Part shown: one piece after another, positions 1-8,569 of the stretch
Numbering within the stretch: position 1 is the stretch's first letter
How the letters are laid out: every line of letters begins with the position of its first letter
Source of the DNA: Pseudomonadota bacterium
GTDB lineage: Bacteria; Pseudomonadota; Gammaproteobacteria; Thiohalospirales; Thiohalospiraceae
Direction of reading: 5' to 3'
Assembly (NCBI GenBank): GCA_051745535.1
Contig: JBNJED010000001.1
Coordinates: 1 to 56,475, forward strand
DNA: 56,475 nt
Notes under the pieces: generated by a model
What the model saw: only the letters and a program-made list of their open reading frames with translations
What the model was told of the DNA's origin: nothing
Database searches by the model: none
Position numbers and translations under genes: made by a program

Positions 1-300
1 CTGGGCTGGCAGTGGGCCGCCGGCTCGGGGGCCGACGCCGCCCCCTACTTCCGCGTCTTCAACCCGGTCCGCCAGGCGGAGCGCTTCGACCCCGACGGCG
101 ACTACATCGCCCGCTGGCTCCCGGAGCTGGCGCGGCTGCCGGCCCGGTGGCAGCGCCAGCCCTGGGCGACGCCGGAGCGGGTGGCCCGGGAGTCCGGCTT
201 CACCGCCGGCGTGACCTACCCGCACCCGCGGGTGGACCTCAAGGCCTCCCGGGAGCGCGCCCTGGCCGCCTGGCACCAGCTCCCCGCCTTCAACCGCTAA
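1..300 (+). CDS. phrB: Deoxyribodipyrimidine photolyase, C-terminal part (5' truncated by window edge)
   Basis: Not in the ORF track. Frame 1 reads LGWQWAAGSGADAAPYFRVFNPVRQAERFDPDGDYIARWLPEL...TAA(298-300), the FAD-binding C-terminal signature of class I/III CPD photolyases. Confidence 0.93.
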   Translation: MGWQWAAGSGADAAPYFRVFNPVRQAERFDPDGDYIARWLPELARLPARWQRQPWATPERVARESGFTAGVTYPHPRVDLKASRERALAAWHQLPAFNR

Positions 301-1060
301 CCGCCGGCCCCCCCTCCTGGAGGGGCTCCCAGCGACCGCCGAGATCCGCTACCGCCGCCAGCAGGGCCTCCAGGGCCGCCCCCTCGCCACCCCGCCCGCG
401 GCAGCCGAGTTCGATGCCCGTATCCCCAGTCCCCGGCAGGCTGTAGGCGCGCACCCCCGGATGGGTCGCAGAGACGGCCTCCATGGGCCCCACCAGCTCG
501 CTCTCCCCGACGCCGAAGACGCGCACGGCCACCACCCGCTCTGGCTCCCCCGCGGGGAAGTCCCGGGCGAGGATGTTGTCCACCATGGGCCAGGCCATCT
601 CCGGGAAGCCGGGCAGGAAGTAGTGGCCATCCAGGCGGAAGCCGGGGATGCCGTTGTAGGGGTTGGGCTCCAGCTCGGCCCCCTCCGGCCACCGCGCCAT
701 GCGGATCCGGTTGGGCCGGACCGCCTCGCCGAAGCGCGCCTCCAGCAGGGCCACCGCCTCCGGGTGGTCCATCAGGGGCCGCCCCCAGGCGGCCGCCGCC
801 GCGGGCCGGGTGCGATCATCCGGCGTCGCCCCGATCCCGCCGCAGACGAAGGTAGGCCGACCGGCGGCCCGGGTCCGCTCCAGGGTCGCTTGCAGGATGT
901 CGGGCTCATCACCCACCACCACCGCCTCGATCAGGGTGTGGCCGGCAGCGGCCACCGCGGCCCCGATCCGGGCCACATGGCCGTCCACCCGCCGCCCGGC
1001 GAGGATCTCGTCACCCACCACCACCAGCCCGAAGGCCCCCTGTCCGCCGAAATCCGACAT
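290..1060 (-). CDS. COG1058 / CinA N-terminal (MoCF-biosynthesis-like) domain protein, probable nucleotide pyrophosphatase
   Basis: Motifs VVGDEILAG, GGIGATPDDRT and FLPGFPEMA. No C-terminal PncC domain. Confidence 0.85.
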   Translation of the reverse strand: MSDFGGQGAFGLVVVGDEILAGRRVDGHVARIGAAVAAAGHTLIEAVVVGDEPDILQATLERTRAAGRPTFVCGGIGATPDDRTRPAAAAAWGRPLMDHPEAVALLEARFGEAVRPNRIRMARWPEGAELEPNPYNGIPGFRLDGHYFLPGFPEMAWPMVDNILARDFPAGEPERVVAVRVFGVGESELVGPMEAVSATHPGVRAYSLPGTGDTGIELGCRGRGGEGAALEALLAAVADLGGRWEPLQEGGPAVSG

Positions 1061-1089
1061 GGGATGCTCCCGCCCTTGCGCTTTCCGAA

Positions 1090-1122
1090 AACCGATACAA
1101 TAATTATACGAAAGTTATACGA
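1090..1122 (+). promoter_or_regulatory. Three tandem 11-bp direct repeats (candidate MerR-family CarH/LitR-type operator) over a weak sigma70-like promoter
   Basis: aaccGATACAa / taatTATACGa / aagtTATACGa at an exact 11-bp period in an AT-rich island. TTGCGC(1076-1081)-N17-AATAAT(1099-1104) overlaps the repeats. Confidence 0.55.
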
Positions 1123-1138
1123 CAGCCGGGAGAGGCAC

Positions 1139-2479
1139 ATGGAAGGCAGGGATATCGCCGTCATCGGAGGCGGCATTTCAGGGCTGGGAGCCGCGTGGCT
1201 CCTGCAGAACCGGCACTCCGTAACGCTGTACGAGCGTAATGCAGTCGCCGGCGGCCACACCCATACCGTGGACACCCCTGCCGCCGCCGGCCCGGTGCCG
1301 GTGGACACCGGCTTCATCGTCTACAACGAGCGCAACTACCCCCATCTCACCGGCCTGTTCGCCACCCTGGGGGTGGAGACCCGGCCGTCGGCGATGTCCT
1401 TCTCCGCCTCCGTGGACGGCGGCCGACTGGAATACGCCGGCAGCGGCCTGACCACCCTCTTCGCCCAGCGGCGCAACCTGGTCCGCCCCCGCTTCTGGGG
1501 CATGCTCCGGGACATCCTGCGCTTCAACCGCCAGGGGCGCACCCTGCTCGAGACCGGCGAGGGACGCGGGCGCAGTCTGGGCGAATTCCTGACCGCCAAC
1601 GGCTATGGCGCCGCCTTCCGGGACTACTACCTTTTACCCATGGCCGCTGCCATCTGGTCCTGCCCGGTGCGAACCATGCTCGACTTCCCCCTGGTGAGCT
1701 TCCTGCGGTTCTTCAACAACCACGGGCTGCTCCAGCTCGATGACCGCCCCCAGTGGCGGACGGTGGTCGGCGGCGGCCGGACCTACGTCGACCGCATCCT
1801 GACCGACCTCCGGGAGCGGCAGGGGGAGGCCGCCGTCCAGACCGGCGACCCGGTGGTCCGCGTGGAGCGGGACGCCGAGGGTGTCACCGTGGTCACCGCC
1901 AACGGATACCATCGCCGCCACGACGAGGTGGTCCTGGCCGGCCACGCCGACGAGATGCGCGGACTCCTCGCCGATGCCTCGGCCACCGAGACCGCCCTGC
2001 TGGGCAGCTTCCGATACCAGCCCAACCACGCCGTGCTGCACAGCGATCCCGGCCTGATGCCCCGCCGCCGCGCCGTCTGGTCGGCCTGGAACTACCTGGC
2101 CGCCGGCAGCGGTGCCGACACCGAGCGGGTCTCCGTCACCTACTGGATGAACTGCCTCCAGGGTCTGGAGGGGGCGGACGGCGACCTCTTCGTAAGCCTC
2201 AACCCGCTGCAGGAGCCGGACCCGGAGCAGGTGATCGCCCGGCGCGACTGGGACCACCCGGTCTTCGACCAGCCGGCCATGGAGGCCCAGGGCGGCATCG
2301 CAGGCCTGCAGGGGGTCAATCGTACCTGGTACGCCGGGGCCTGGCTGGGCTACGGCTTCCACGAGGACGGCCTGCGCTCGGCCGTCACGGTGGCACGCGA
2401 ACTGGGCGTCGAGCCGCCCTGGACCCGGGAGGTGCACGCCGACGCCCCCCTCCCCGCGGCCGAACCGGAGCTGACATGA
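1139..2479 (+). CDS. FAD-dependent oxidoreductase (COG2907; UfaD/RSP1091-like fatty-acid desaturase)
   Basis: ATG 1139 after GGAGAGG. Motifs IAVIGGGISGL, GGHTHT, VDTGFIVYNERNYP and GAWLGYGFHEDG. Confidence 0.9.
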   Translation: MEGRDIAVIGGGISGLGAAWLLQNRHSVTLYERNAVAGGHTHTVDTPAAAGPVPVDTGFIVYNERNYPHLTGLFATLGVETRPSAMSFSASVDGGRLEYAGSGLTTLFAQRRNLVRPRFWGMLRDILRFNRQGRTLLETGEGRGRSLGEFLTANGYGAAFRDYYLLPMAAAIWSCPVRTMLDFPLVSFLRFFNNHGLLQLDDRPQWRTVVGGGRTYVDRILTDLRERQGEAAVQTGDPVVRVERDAEGVTVVTANGYHRRHDEVVLAGHADEMRGLLADASATETALLGSFRYQPNHAVLHSDPGLMPRRRAVWSAWNYLAAGSGADTERVSVTYWMNCLQGLEGADGDLFVSLNPLQEPDPEQVIARRDWDHPVFDQPAMEAQGGIAGLQGVNRTWYAGAWLGYGFHEDGLRSAVTVARELGVEPPWTREVHADAPLPAAEPELT

Positions 2480-3240
2480 GCAACACGGACCGTATCGTCC
2501 ACAGCCAGATCATGCACCGCCGCGCCGGTGCGGTCCGGTACCGCTTCGTCTACCGGGTCTTCAGCCTGCTCGTCGATATCGACCGCCTGGATGAACTCGA
2601 CCGCCGGCTTCGCCTGTTCGGCCACAACCGCTTCCGCCTCCTGAGCCTGTACGACCGCGATTTCGGCCCCGGCGACGGCAGCCCCCTGCGCCCCTGGCTG
2701 GAGGGCCACCTGGCCGAGCACGGCATCGACCTGGAGGGCGGCCCCGTCCGGCTGCTGGCCATGCCGCGGGTCCTGGGCTACCAGTTCAATCCCCTCTCGG
2801 TCTGGTACGCCTACCACCGGGACGGCACCCTGCGCGCCGTCCTCGGCGAGGTCCACAACACCTTCGGCGACCGCCACGGCTACCTCCTCCACGACGAGGG
2901 CCGCCCTCTGCCCGATCCCGTGCGGCAATCCAAGGTGAAGGTCTTCCACGTCTCCCCCTTCATCGGCATGGACTGCGAATACCACTTCCGCCTGACCCAT
3001 CCCGGCGACGAGGTCGCGGTGGTCATCCGCCAGACCGAGGGGGGCGAACACCGCCTCACCGCCACCCAGACCGGGACCACGGCGCCGCTCACCGACCGCG
3101 GTCTCGCAGCGGCGGCCCTGCGCCTGCCCCTGGTCACGCTCAAGGTCATCATGCTCATCCACTGGTGGGCCCTGCGGATCTGGTGGTCCGGAGGCCGCTT
3201 CCACCGCCGCCCCAAGCCCCCCGAGAAGGAGGTTACCTGA
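2476..3240 (+). CDS. DUF1365 family protein (UfaO/RSP1090-like)
   Basis: ATGA overlap with the upstream gene. Motifs MHRR..RYRFVY, PRVLGYQFNPLSVW, EVHNTFG and KVFHVSPF. Confidence 0.9.
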   Translation: MSNTDRIVHSQIMHRRAGAVRYRFVYRVFSLLVDIDRLDELDRRLRLFGHNRFRLLSLYDRDFGPGDGSPLRPWLEGHLAEHGIDLEGGPVRLLAMPRVLGYQFNPLSVWYAYHRDGTLRAVLGEVHNTFGDRHGYLLHDEGRPLPDPVRQSKVKVFHVSPFIGMDCEYHFRLTHPGDEVAVVIRQTEGGEHRLTATQTGTTAPLTDRGLAAAALRLPLVTLKVIMLIHWWALRIWWSGGRFHRRPKPPEKEVT

Positions 3241-4455
3241 ATGGATGCCGAACAGCTCCGCCCCCTGGCGGCCGGTCCCGGCCTCGCCCTGCGCCCCTGG
3301 TCCTGGCTCCTGCGCGGCCTGCGCGTCGGCCGTCTGCAGGTGGACGGCGCCGGCGGGCGCGGCTTCACCGCTACCGGTGCCGAGGGCGGGCCGGAGGCGC
3401 AGATCCTCCTCCATCGCCCCCTCAATCTCTTCGCCCGGATCATGCGCCGGGGTGCCATGGGCTTCGCCGAGGGCTACATGGCCGGCGAGTGGGAGAGCAA
3501 TGACCTCACCGCCCTCCTGACCCTGGCGACGCACAACGAGGCCGCCCTGGGACGGGCCAGCGAGGGCGGTCGGCTGAGCCGCTGGCGCGAAGCCCTGGGC
3601 CACCGCACCCGGGCCAATACCCGGCGGGGGAGCCGGCGCAACATCGCCGCCCACTACGACCTAGGCAACGACTTCTACCGCCTCTGGCTCGACCCCACCA
3701 TGACCTATTCGGCCGCCCTCTTCGCCCCGGGGGAGGACAACCTGGCGGCGGCCCAGCGCCGCAAGTACCAGCGCCTGCTGAGGCAGCTGGATGCCCGCCC
3801 CGGCGACCACATCCTGGAGATCGGCTGCGGCTGGGGCGGCTTCGCCCTGGAGGCGGCGCGCTGCGGCTACCGGGTCACCGGGATCACCCTCTCCCGGGAG
3901 CAGCTGGACTGGGCCCGTAAACGGGTGGCCGAGGCCGGCCTGAGCGACCGGGTGGACCTGCAGCTGCGCGACTACCGCGACCTGGAGGGGAGCTGGGACC
4001 ACGTCGTCTCCATCGAGATGTTCGAGGCGGTAGGCGAGGCCTGGTGGCCGACCTTCTTCGAGACTGTGGGCCGCTGCCTGCGCCCCGGCGGGCGGGCGGC
4101 GCTGCAGGTCATCACCATCGATGAGTCGGTCTTCGATGACTACCGGCGCGGCGCCGACTTCATCCAGCGCTACATCTTCCCCGGCGGCATGCTGCCCAGT
4201 ATCACCGCCTTCCGGGAGCGGGCCGACGAGGCCGGCCTGCGGGTGAGTACCCTGGACCGCTTTGGCCACGACTACGCCCGAACGCTCCAGGCCTGGCACC
4301 GCCGCTTCCTGGAGGTCCTGCCCCGGGTGCGGGAGCAGGGTTTCGACGACCGCTTCATCCGCATGTGGCGCTACTACCTGAGCTACTGCACCGTCGGCTT
4401 CCAGACCGGCCGTATCGACCTCATCCAGACCACCCTGGAACACCCGGATGGCTGA
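3241..4455 (+). CDS. cfa: Cyclopropane-fatty-acyl-phospholipid synthase family SAM methyltransferase (Cfa/UfaM-like)
   Basis: Motifs NIAAHYDLGNDFY, MTYSAA, LEIGCGWGG, SIEMFEAVG and FIQRYIFPGG. Confidence 0.9.
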   Translation: MDAEQLRPLAAGPGLALRPWSWLLRGLRVGRLQVDGAGGRGFTATGAEGGPEAQILLHRPLNLFARIMRRGAMGFAEGYMAGEWESNDLTALLTLATHNEAALGRASEGGRLSRWREALGHRTRANTRRGSRRNIAAHYDLGNDFYRLWLDPTMTYSAALFAPGEDNLAAAQRRKYQRLLRQLDARPGDHILEIGCGWGGFALEAARCGYRVTGITLSREQLDWARKRVAEAGLSDRVDLQLRDYRDLEGSWDHVVSIEMFEAVGEAWWPTFFETVGRCLRPGGRAALQVITIDESVFDDYRRGADFIQRYIFPGGMLPSITAFRERADEAGLRVSTLDRFGHDYARTLQAWHRRFLEVLPRVREQGFDDRFIRMWRYYLSYCTVGFQTGRIDLIQTTLEHPDG

Positions 4456-5824
4456 GCGGCTGGCGCGGGGACAGCTGCTGGCCTACGGCCTGCCGGGACT
4501 GCCCCTGGCGGTGCTGGGGCTACCCCTCTACGTCTACCTCCCCGGCTTCTACGCCGAGGAGGTGGGCCTGGGGCTGACCCTCACCGGCGCCCTGCTGCTC
4601 ATCGCCCGGATCTGGGACATGGTCACCGACCCCCTGGTGGGCAGTCTCGGGGATCGCCTGCGCCTGCCCCTGGGCCGCCGCCGCGGCCTCATGCTCCTGG
4701 GCGCCCCGCTGCTGCTCATCGCGGCGACGGCGCTGTTCCTGCCGCCGGAGGCGGCGGGCGGCGGCCACCTGCTGCTCTGGAGCCTGCTCATCTACCTGGG
4801 GTGGACCCTGGTGACCCTGCCCTACACCGCCTGGGGGGCCGAGCTCTCCGACGACTACGACGAGCGCTCCCGGATCACCGGGGTCCGCGAGGGGGCCGTA
4901 GTCCTGGGAACCCTGGTTGCCGCCCTGCTGCCACCGGCCCTGGGCCGGGAGGAGCCGGGGCAGGCCCTGGCCGTCCTTACCACCTTCCTGTGGCTGGCCG
5001 TGCCGGTCACCCTCGGGCTGGCCCTGTGGCGGGTCCCGGAGCCCGCCCGCACCGGCGATCCCGTACCCTGGCGCCAGGGGCTGACCCTGCTGCGCGGCAA
5101 CCGCCCCTTCTTCCGGCTACTGGCCGCCTACGCCGCCAACGGAACCGCCAACGCCCTGCCGGCCACCCTGTTCCTCCTCTTCGTGGAACACGTCATCCAG
5201 CGGCCGGAGTGGACCGGCACCCTGCTCGGCCTCTACTTCGTCGCCGGGATCGCCGGCCTGCCCCTGTGGCTGGCCCTGGCCCGCCGCTGGGGCAAGCACC
5301 GCGCCTGGGCGGCCTCCATGCTCTGGGCGGCGGCGGTCTTCCTCACCGTCCCGCTGCTCGGCGCCGGGGACCTGGTCGCCTTCGGGGTCATCGTGGCCCT
5401 CTCCGGCCTGAGCCTGGGCGTAGACATGGCTCTGCCCGCCTCCATCCAGGCCGACGTGGTGGACGAGGATACCGCCGCCGGCGGCGGCGGCCGGGCGGGG
5501 CTCTTCTTCGGCCTCTGGGGCATGGCCACCAAGCTCGCCCTGGCCCTGGCGGTGGGGATCGCCTTCCCGCTGCTGGACCTGGCCGGCTTCGACGGCCCCG
5601 CCGGCGAGGGCCTGCTCGCCCTGGCCCTGCTCTACGGCGGGCTGCCGGTGCTCATCAAGCTCGCCGCCGTGGCCCTGGTCTGGGATTTCCCCGTGGACCG
5701 GGCGAGACAACACCAACTGCAAGGGAGCATCCACCATGAAACGGACCCATCGACGCCCGGGCACCATGGCTCGGATCCGGGGGGCCTCGATCCTCGGCCT
5801 GACCCTGCTTCTGGCCGGCTGTAG
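4448..5824 (+). CDS. MFS transporter (GPH / Na+:melibiose symporter-like)
   Basis: About 12 hydrophobic segments. Motifs RIWDMVTDPLVG and PYTAWGAELSDDYDERSR. Confidence 0.85.
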   Translation: MAERLARGQLLAYGLPGLPLAVLGLPLYVYLPGFYAEEVGLGLTLTGALLLIARIWDMVTDPLVGSLGDRLRLPLGRRRGLMLLGAPLLLIAATALFLPPEAAGGGHLLLWSLLIYLGWTLVTLPYTAWGAELSDDYDERSRITGVREGAVVLGTLVAALLPPALGREEPGQALAVLTTFLWLAVPVTLGLALWRVPEPARTGDPVPWRQGLTLLRGNRPFFRLLAAYAANGTANALPATLFLLFVEHVIQRPEWTGTLLGLYFVAGIAGLPLWLALARRWGKHRAWAASMLWAAAVFLTVPLLGAGDLVAFGVIVALSGLSLGVDMALPASIQADVVDEDTAAGGGGRAGLFFGLWGMATKLALALAVGIAFPLLDLAGFDGPAGEGLLALALLYGGLPVLIKLAAVALVWDFPVDRARQHQLQGSIHHETDPSTPGHHGSDPGGLDPRPDPASGRL

Positions 5825-6305
5825 CACCATGGATATCAACGACTTCCGCGGCACCGAGCCGAAACTCGACATCCACGACTACTTCCAGGGGGAGCTGCGT
5901 GCCTGGGGCATCGTGGAGAACCGCTCCGGCGTGGCTACCCGCCAGTTCACCGTGGACATGGTCGGTCGCCTGGAGGGGGACACCCTGGTCCTGGAGGAGG
6001 ATTTCGAGTACGCCGACGGCGAGACCGATCGCCGCGTCTGGCGCATCCGCAAGGAAGGCGAACACAACTACGTGGGCACCGCCGGGGATGTCATCGGCGA
6101 GGCGCGCGGCGAGGCCCGCGGCCGGGCCTTCCACTGGGAGTACAAGGTCGACCTGAAGGTGGGCGACTCCACCTACCGCGTGGCCTTCGACGACTGGATG
6201 TACCGCCAGGAGGACGACGTGGTCATCAATCGCGCCACCATCACCAAGTGGGGCTTCGAGGTGGCGCAGGTCACCGTGGTCTTCCGGAAGGAGGACGCCG
6301 AATGA
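5736..6305 (+). CDS. DUF3833 family lipoprotein
   Basis: Lipobox LLAGC, YFQGELRAWG and FDDWMY. The start may instead be ATG 5766. Confidence 0.85.
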   Translation: MKRTHRRPGTMARIRGASILGLTLLLAGCSTMDINDFRGTEPKLDIHDYFQGELRAWGIVENRSGVATRQFTVDMVGRLEGDTLVLEEDFEYADGETDRRVWRIRKEGEHNYVGTAGDVIGEARGEARGRAFHWEYKVDLKVGDSTYRVAFDDWMYRQEDDVVINRATITKWGFEVAQVTVVFRKEDAE

Positions 6306-6877
6306 CCGGCCGCCGCACCGGCCTCGCCGGCCTGCTCCTGGCCCTCGCCCTCCTGCCGTTCGGCCCCGCCGCGGCGGAGGAGGTGGAGGTCAAGGACATC
6401 GCCTTCGCCACCGAACGGGAGGACCTGACCCTGCGCGGGGCCGGGATCCTCACCTACCGGCTGGTCTTCGACGTCTACGCCGCGGCCCTCTATCTGCCAT
6501 CGGAGGCCGCCTCTGCCGACGCCCTGGCTGCGGAGACGCCCAAGCGGCTGGAGCTGGCCTACCGCTACGAGATCAAGCAGGAGGACTTTGCCCGGGCCGC
6601 CTGGACCGTGCTCTCCGAACAGCACGACCCAGCCGTGCTGGAGGCGCTGAAGCCCTCCGTGGAGGAACTCCACGACGCCTTCACCGCAGTGGAGCCCGGC
6701 GACCGCTACGCCCTCATCTGGGAGCCGGGTACGGAGAATCCCCTGCGCCTGACCCTCAACGGCGAGACCCGCTACCGCGGCGACGACGCCGACCTGGCCC
6801 GCGCCTACTTCGGGATCTGGCTGGCCACCAACGAACCCATCGACGCCGGGCTGCGCCGGAAGCTGCTGGATGAGTGA
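6302..6877 (+). CDS. Chalcone-isomerase-like exported protein
   Basis: ATGA overlap, signal peptide (..PAAA), LRGAG...FDVYAAALY and YFGIWL. Confidence 0.8.
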   Translation: MTGRRTGLAGLLLALALLPFGPAAAEEVEVKDIAFATEREDLTLRGAGILTYRLVFDVYAAALYLPSEAASADALAAETPKRLELAYRYEIKQEDFARAAWTVLSEQHDPAVLEALKPSVEELHDAFTAVEPGDRYALIWEPGTENPLRLTLNGETRYRGDDADLARAYFGIWLATNEPIDAGLRRKLLDE

Positions 6878-7577
6878 CGCCCCACTGCCCTCGCTTCCCG
6901 AGGGCTACCGGGCCGTGGTGGTCGGGGCCAGCGGCGGCCTGGGTGCGGCCTTCCTGGAGCGGCTGGCCACCGACTCGCGCTGCGGCGAGGCCATCGGCCT
7001 GGCCCGGGACTCCGACCCACCGCTGGAACTCACCGACGAGGCGACCATCGCGGCCGCCGCCGAGGCGGTGGGCGGACCGGTGGACTGCCTCATCGTGGCC
7101 ACGGGGGCGCTGACCCTGGACGGCCACGGGCCGGAGAAGGCCCTGAACCGCCTGGACCCGGCCGTGCTGGCCCGCCAGTTCGCCATCAACGCCACCGGGC
7201 CGGCCCTGGTACTCAAGCACTTCGCCCCGCTCCTGCCGCGCCGGGGCCGCTCCATCGCCGCGGCCCTCTCCGCCCGGGTGGGCTCCATCGGCGACAACCA
7301 GACCGGCGGCTGGTACAGCTACCGGGCCGCCAAGGCGGCGCTGAACCAGCTCTGGCATACCGCCGCCCTGGAGATCCGGCGCCGCCACCCGGAGGCCATC
7401 CTGGCCACCCTCCAGCCGGGTACGGTGGATACCGACCTCACCGCCCCCTACCGGGGCAACCGCCCCGCCCTCTCCCCGCGCGCGGCCGCCGCCCTCCTCC
7501 TGGAGACCCTGGACGGCCTGGAACCGACCGACAGCGGCGGCTTCTTCGACTTCGCCGGGAACGCCCTTCCCTGGTAA
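6870..7577 (+). CDS. SDR oxidoreductase, C-factor (CsgA)-like
   Basis: Motifs GASGGLG, SARVGSIGDN..GGWYSYRAAKAALN and QPGTVDT. Confidence 0.88.
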   Translation: MSDAPLPSLPEGYRAVVVGASGGLGAAFLERLATDSRCGEAIGLARDSDPPLELTDEATIAAAAEAVGGPVDCLIVATGALTLDGHGPEKALNRLDPAVLARQFAINATGPALVLKHFAPLLPRRGRSIAAALSARVGSIGDNQTGGWYSYRAAKAALNQLWHTAALEIRRRHPEAILATLQPGTVDTDLTAPYRGNRPALSPRAAAALLLETLDGLEPTDSGGFFDFAGNALPW

Positions 7578-7580
7578 CCC

Positions 7581-8567
7581 TCACTGGCCGGCAGCCCGCC
7601 GGGCGGCGCCCAGGAGGCCGACGCGGGGCTCGGTGACCACGTGGACCGGGAGGCGGGTGGCCAGGGGGGTCATGGGGCCCTTGTCGTTGAAGGCCTCCAG
7701 GAAGGCCGGCTCCCGCAGCGCCGGCAACAGCCGGGGCGGGATCCCGCCGGCGAGGAAGAGACCCCCGGTGGCGGCGGTCTCCAACCCCCAGTCGCCGGCG
7801 ATGGCGCCCAGCAGCTCGGCAAAGGTCGCCACGGTGGCCATGGCCAGGGGATCCTCGCCGGCCAGCCCTGCCCGACCCAGGAGGGCAGCGGGATCCTCGT
7901 TACCATCGGCCAGGGCGGCGGCCACCTCCGGCCCCGGCGCGATGCCGTCCCCCTCCCGAAGAAAGGCGGCGATACGCGCCAGGCCGGGGCCGGAGAGCAG
8001 GTCCTCGCGACATACCCGGCCCAGCCGCTCCCGCCACCAGGCGACCAGCGCCACCTCCCGCTCGGTACGCGGGGCCAGGCCGGCGTGCCCCCCCTCGCTG
8101 GGGACCACGGCATGACCATCGCCGCAGGGAACCAGCGCGCCCTGGCCCAGACCGGTCCCCGGCCCCAGGTAGCCGATGGTGCCACCGGGGTCGCGCTCCC
8201 CGGCCTGCAGGGTCGCGTACTGCCCCGGACCCAGGGCCGGCAGCCCCTCGCCAACCCCGACGAAATCGTTGATCAGGGTCACCCGTTCCAGACCCAGTTC
8301 GCTGGCCAGACGCCCCTCCTCCAGGGTCCAGGGGAGGTTGGTGATCCGCGCGGTTCCGGCGTGCACCGGCCCCGCCACGGCGAAGCAGGCGCGGACCGGC
8401 GCCCCGGGGACGCCGTCGGGGAAGGCGGCGCGAACCGCCGGGGCCAGGTCGGGATGGTCGCCGCTGGGGACCCGCGCCTCGGCCAGCGGCTCCACCCGGT
8501 CGCCGTCGACCTCGGCCACCAGGAAGCGGCTGTGGGTGCCGCCGATATCTCCGGCCAGTACCCGCAT
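7581..8567 (-). CDS. glk: Glucokinase
   Basis: MRVLAGDIGGTHSRF, LINDF, GPGTGLG, PSEGGH and LAGGI. The start is set at ATG 8567. Confidence 0.92.
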   Translation of the reverse strand: MRVLAGDIGGTHSRFLVAEVDGDRVEPLAEARVPSGDHPDLAPAVRAAFPDGVPGAPVRACFAVAGPVHAGTARITNLPWTLEEGRLASELGLERVTLINDFVGVGEGLPALGPGQYATLQAGERDPGGTIGYLGPGTGLGQGALVPCGDGHAVVPSEGGHAGLAPRTEREVALVAWWRERLGRVCREDLLSGPGLARIAAFLREGDGIAPGPEVAAALADGNEDPAALLGRAGLAGEDPLAMATVATFAELLGAIAGDWGLETAATGGLFLAGGIPPRLLPALREPAFLEAFNDKGPMTPLATRLPVHVVTEPRVGLLGAARRAAGQ

Positions 8568-8569
8568 GG

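Noticed and set aside
461-1138. N-terminal extensions of ORFs 461-2479, 8176-10659, 37671-40625, 31476-33515 and 49060-50595 suggesting fusions
   Set aside because: The extensions overlap genuine neighbouring genes or a tRNA. The true starts lie downstream, where family homology begins.
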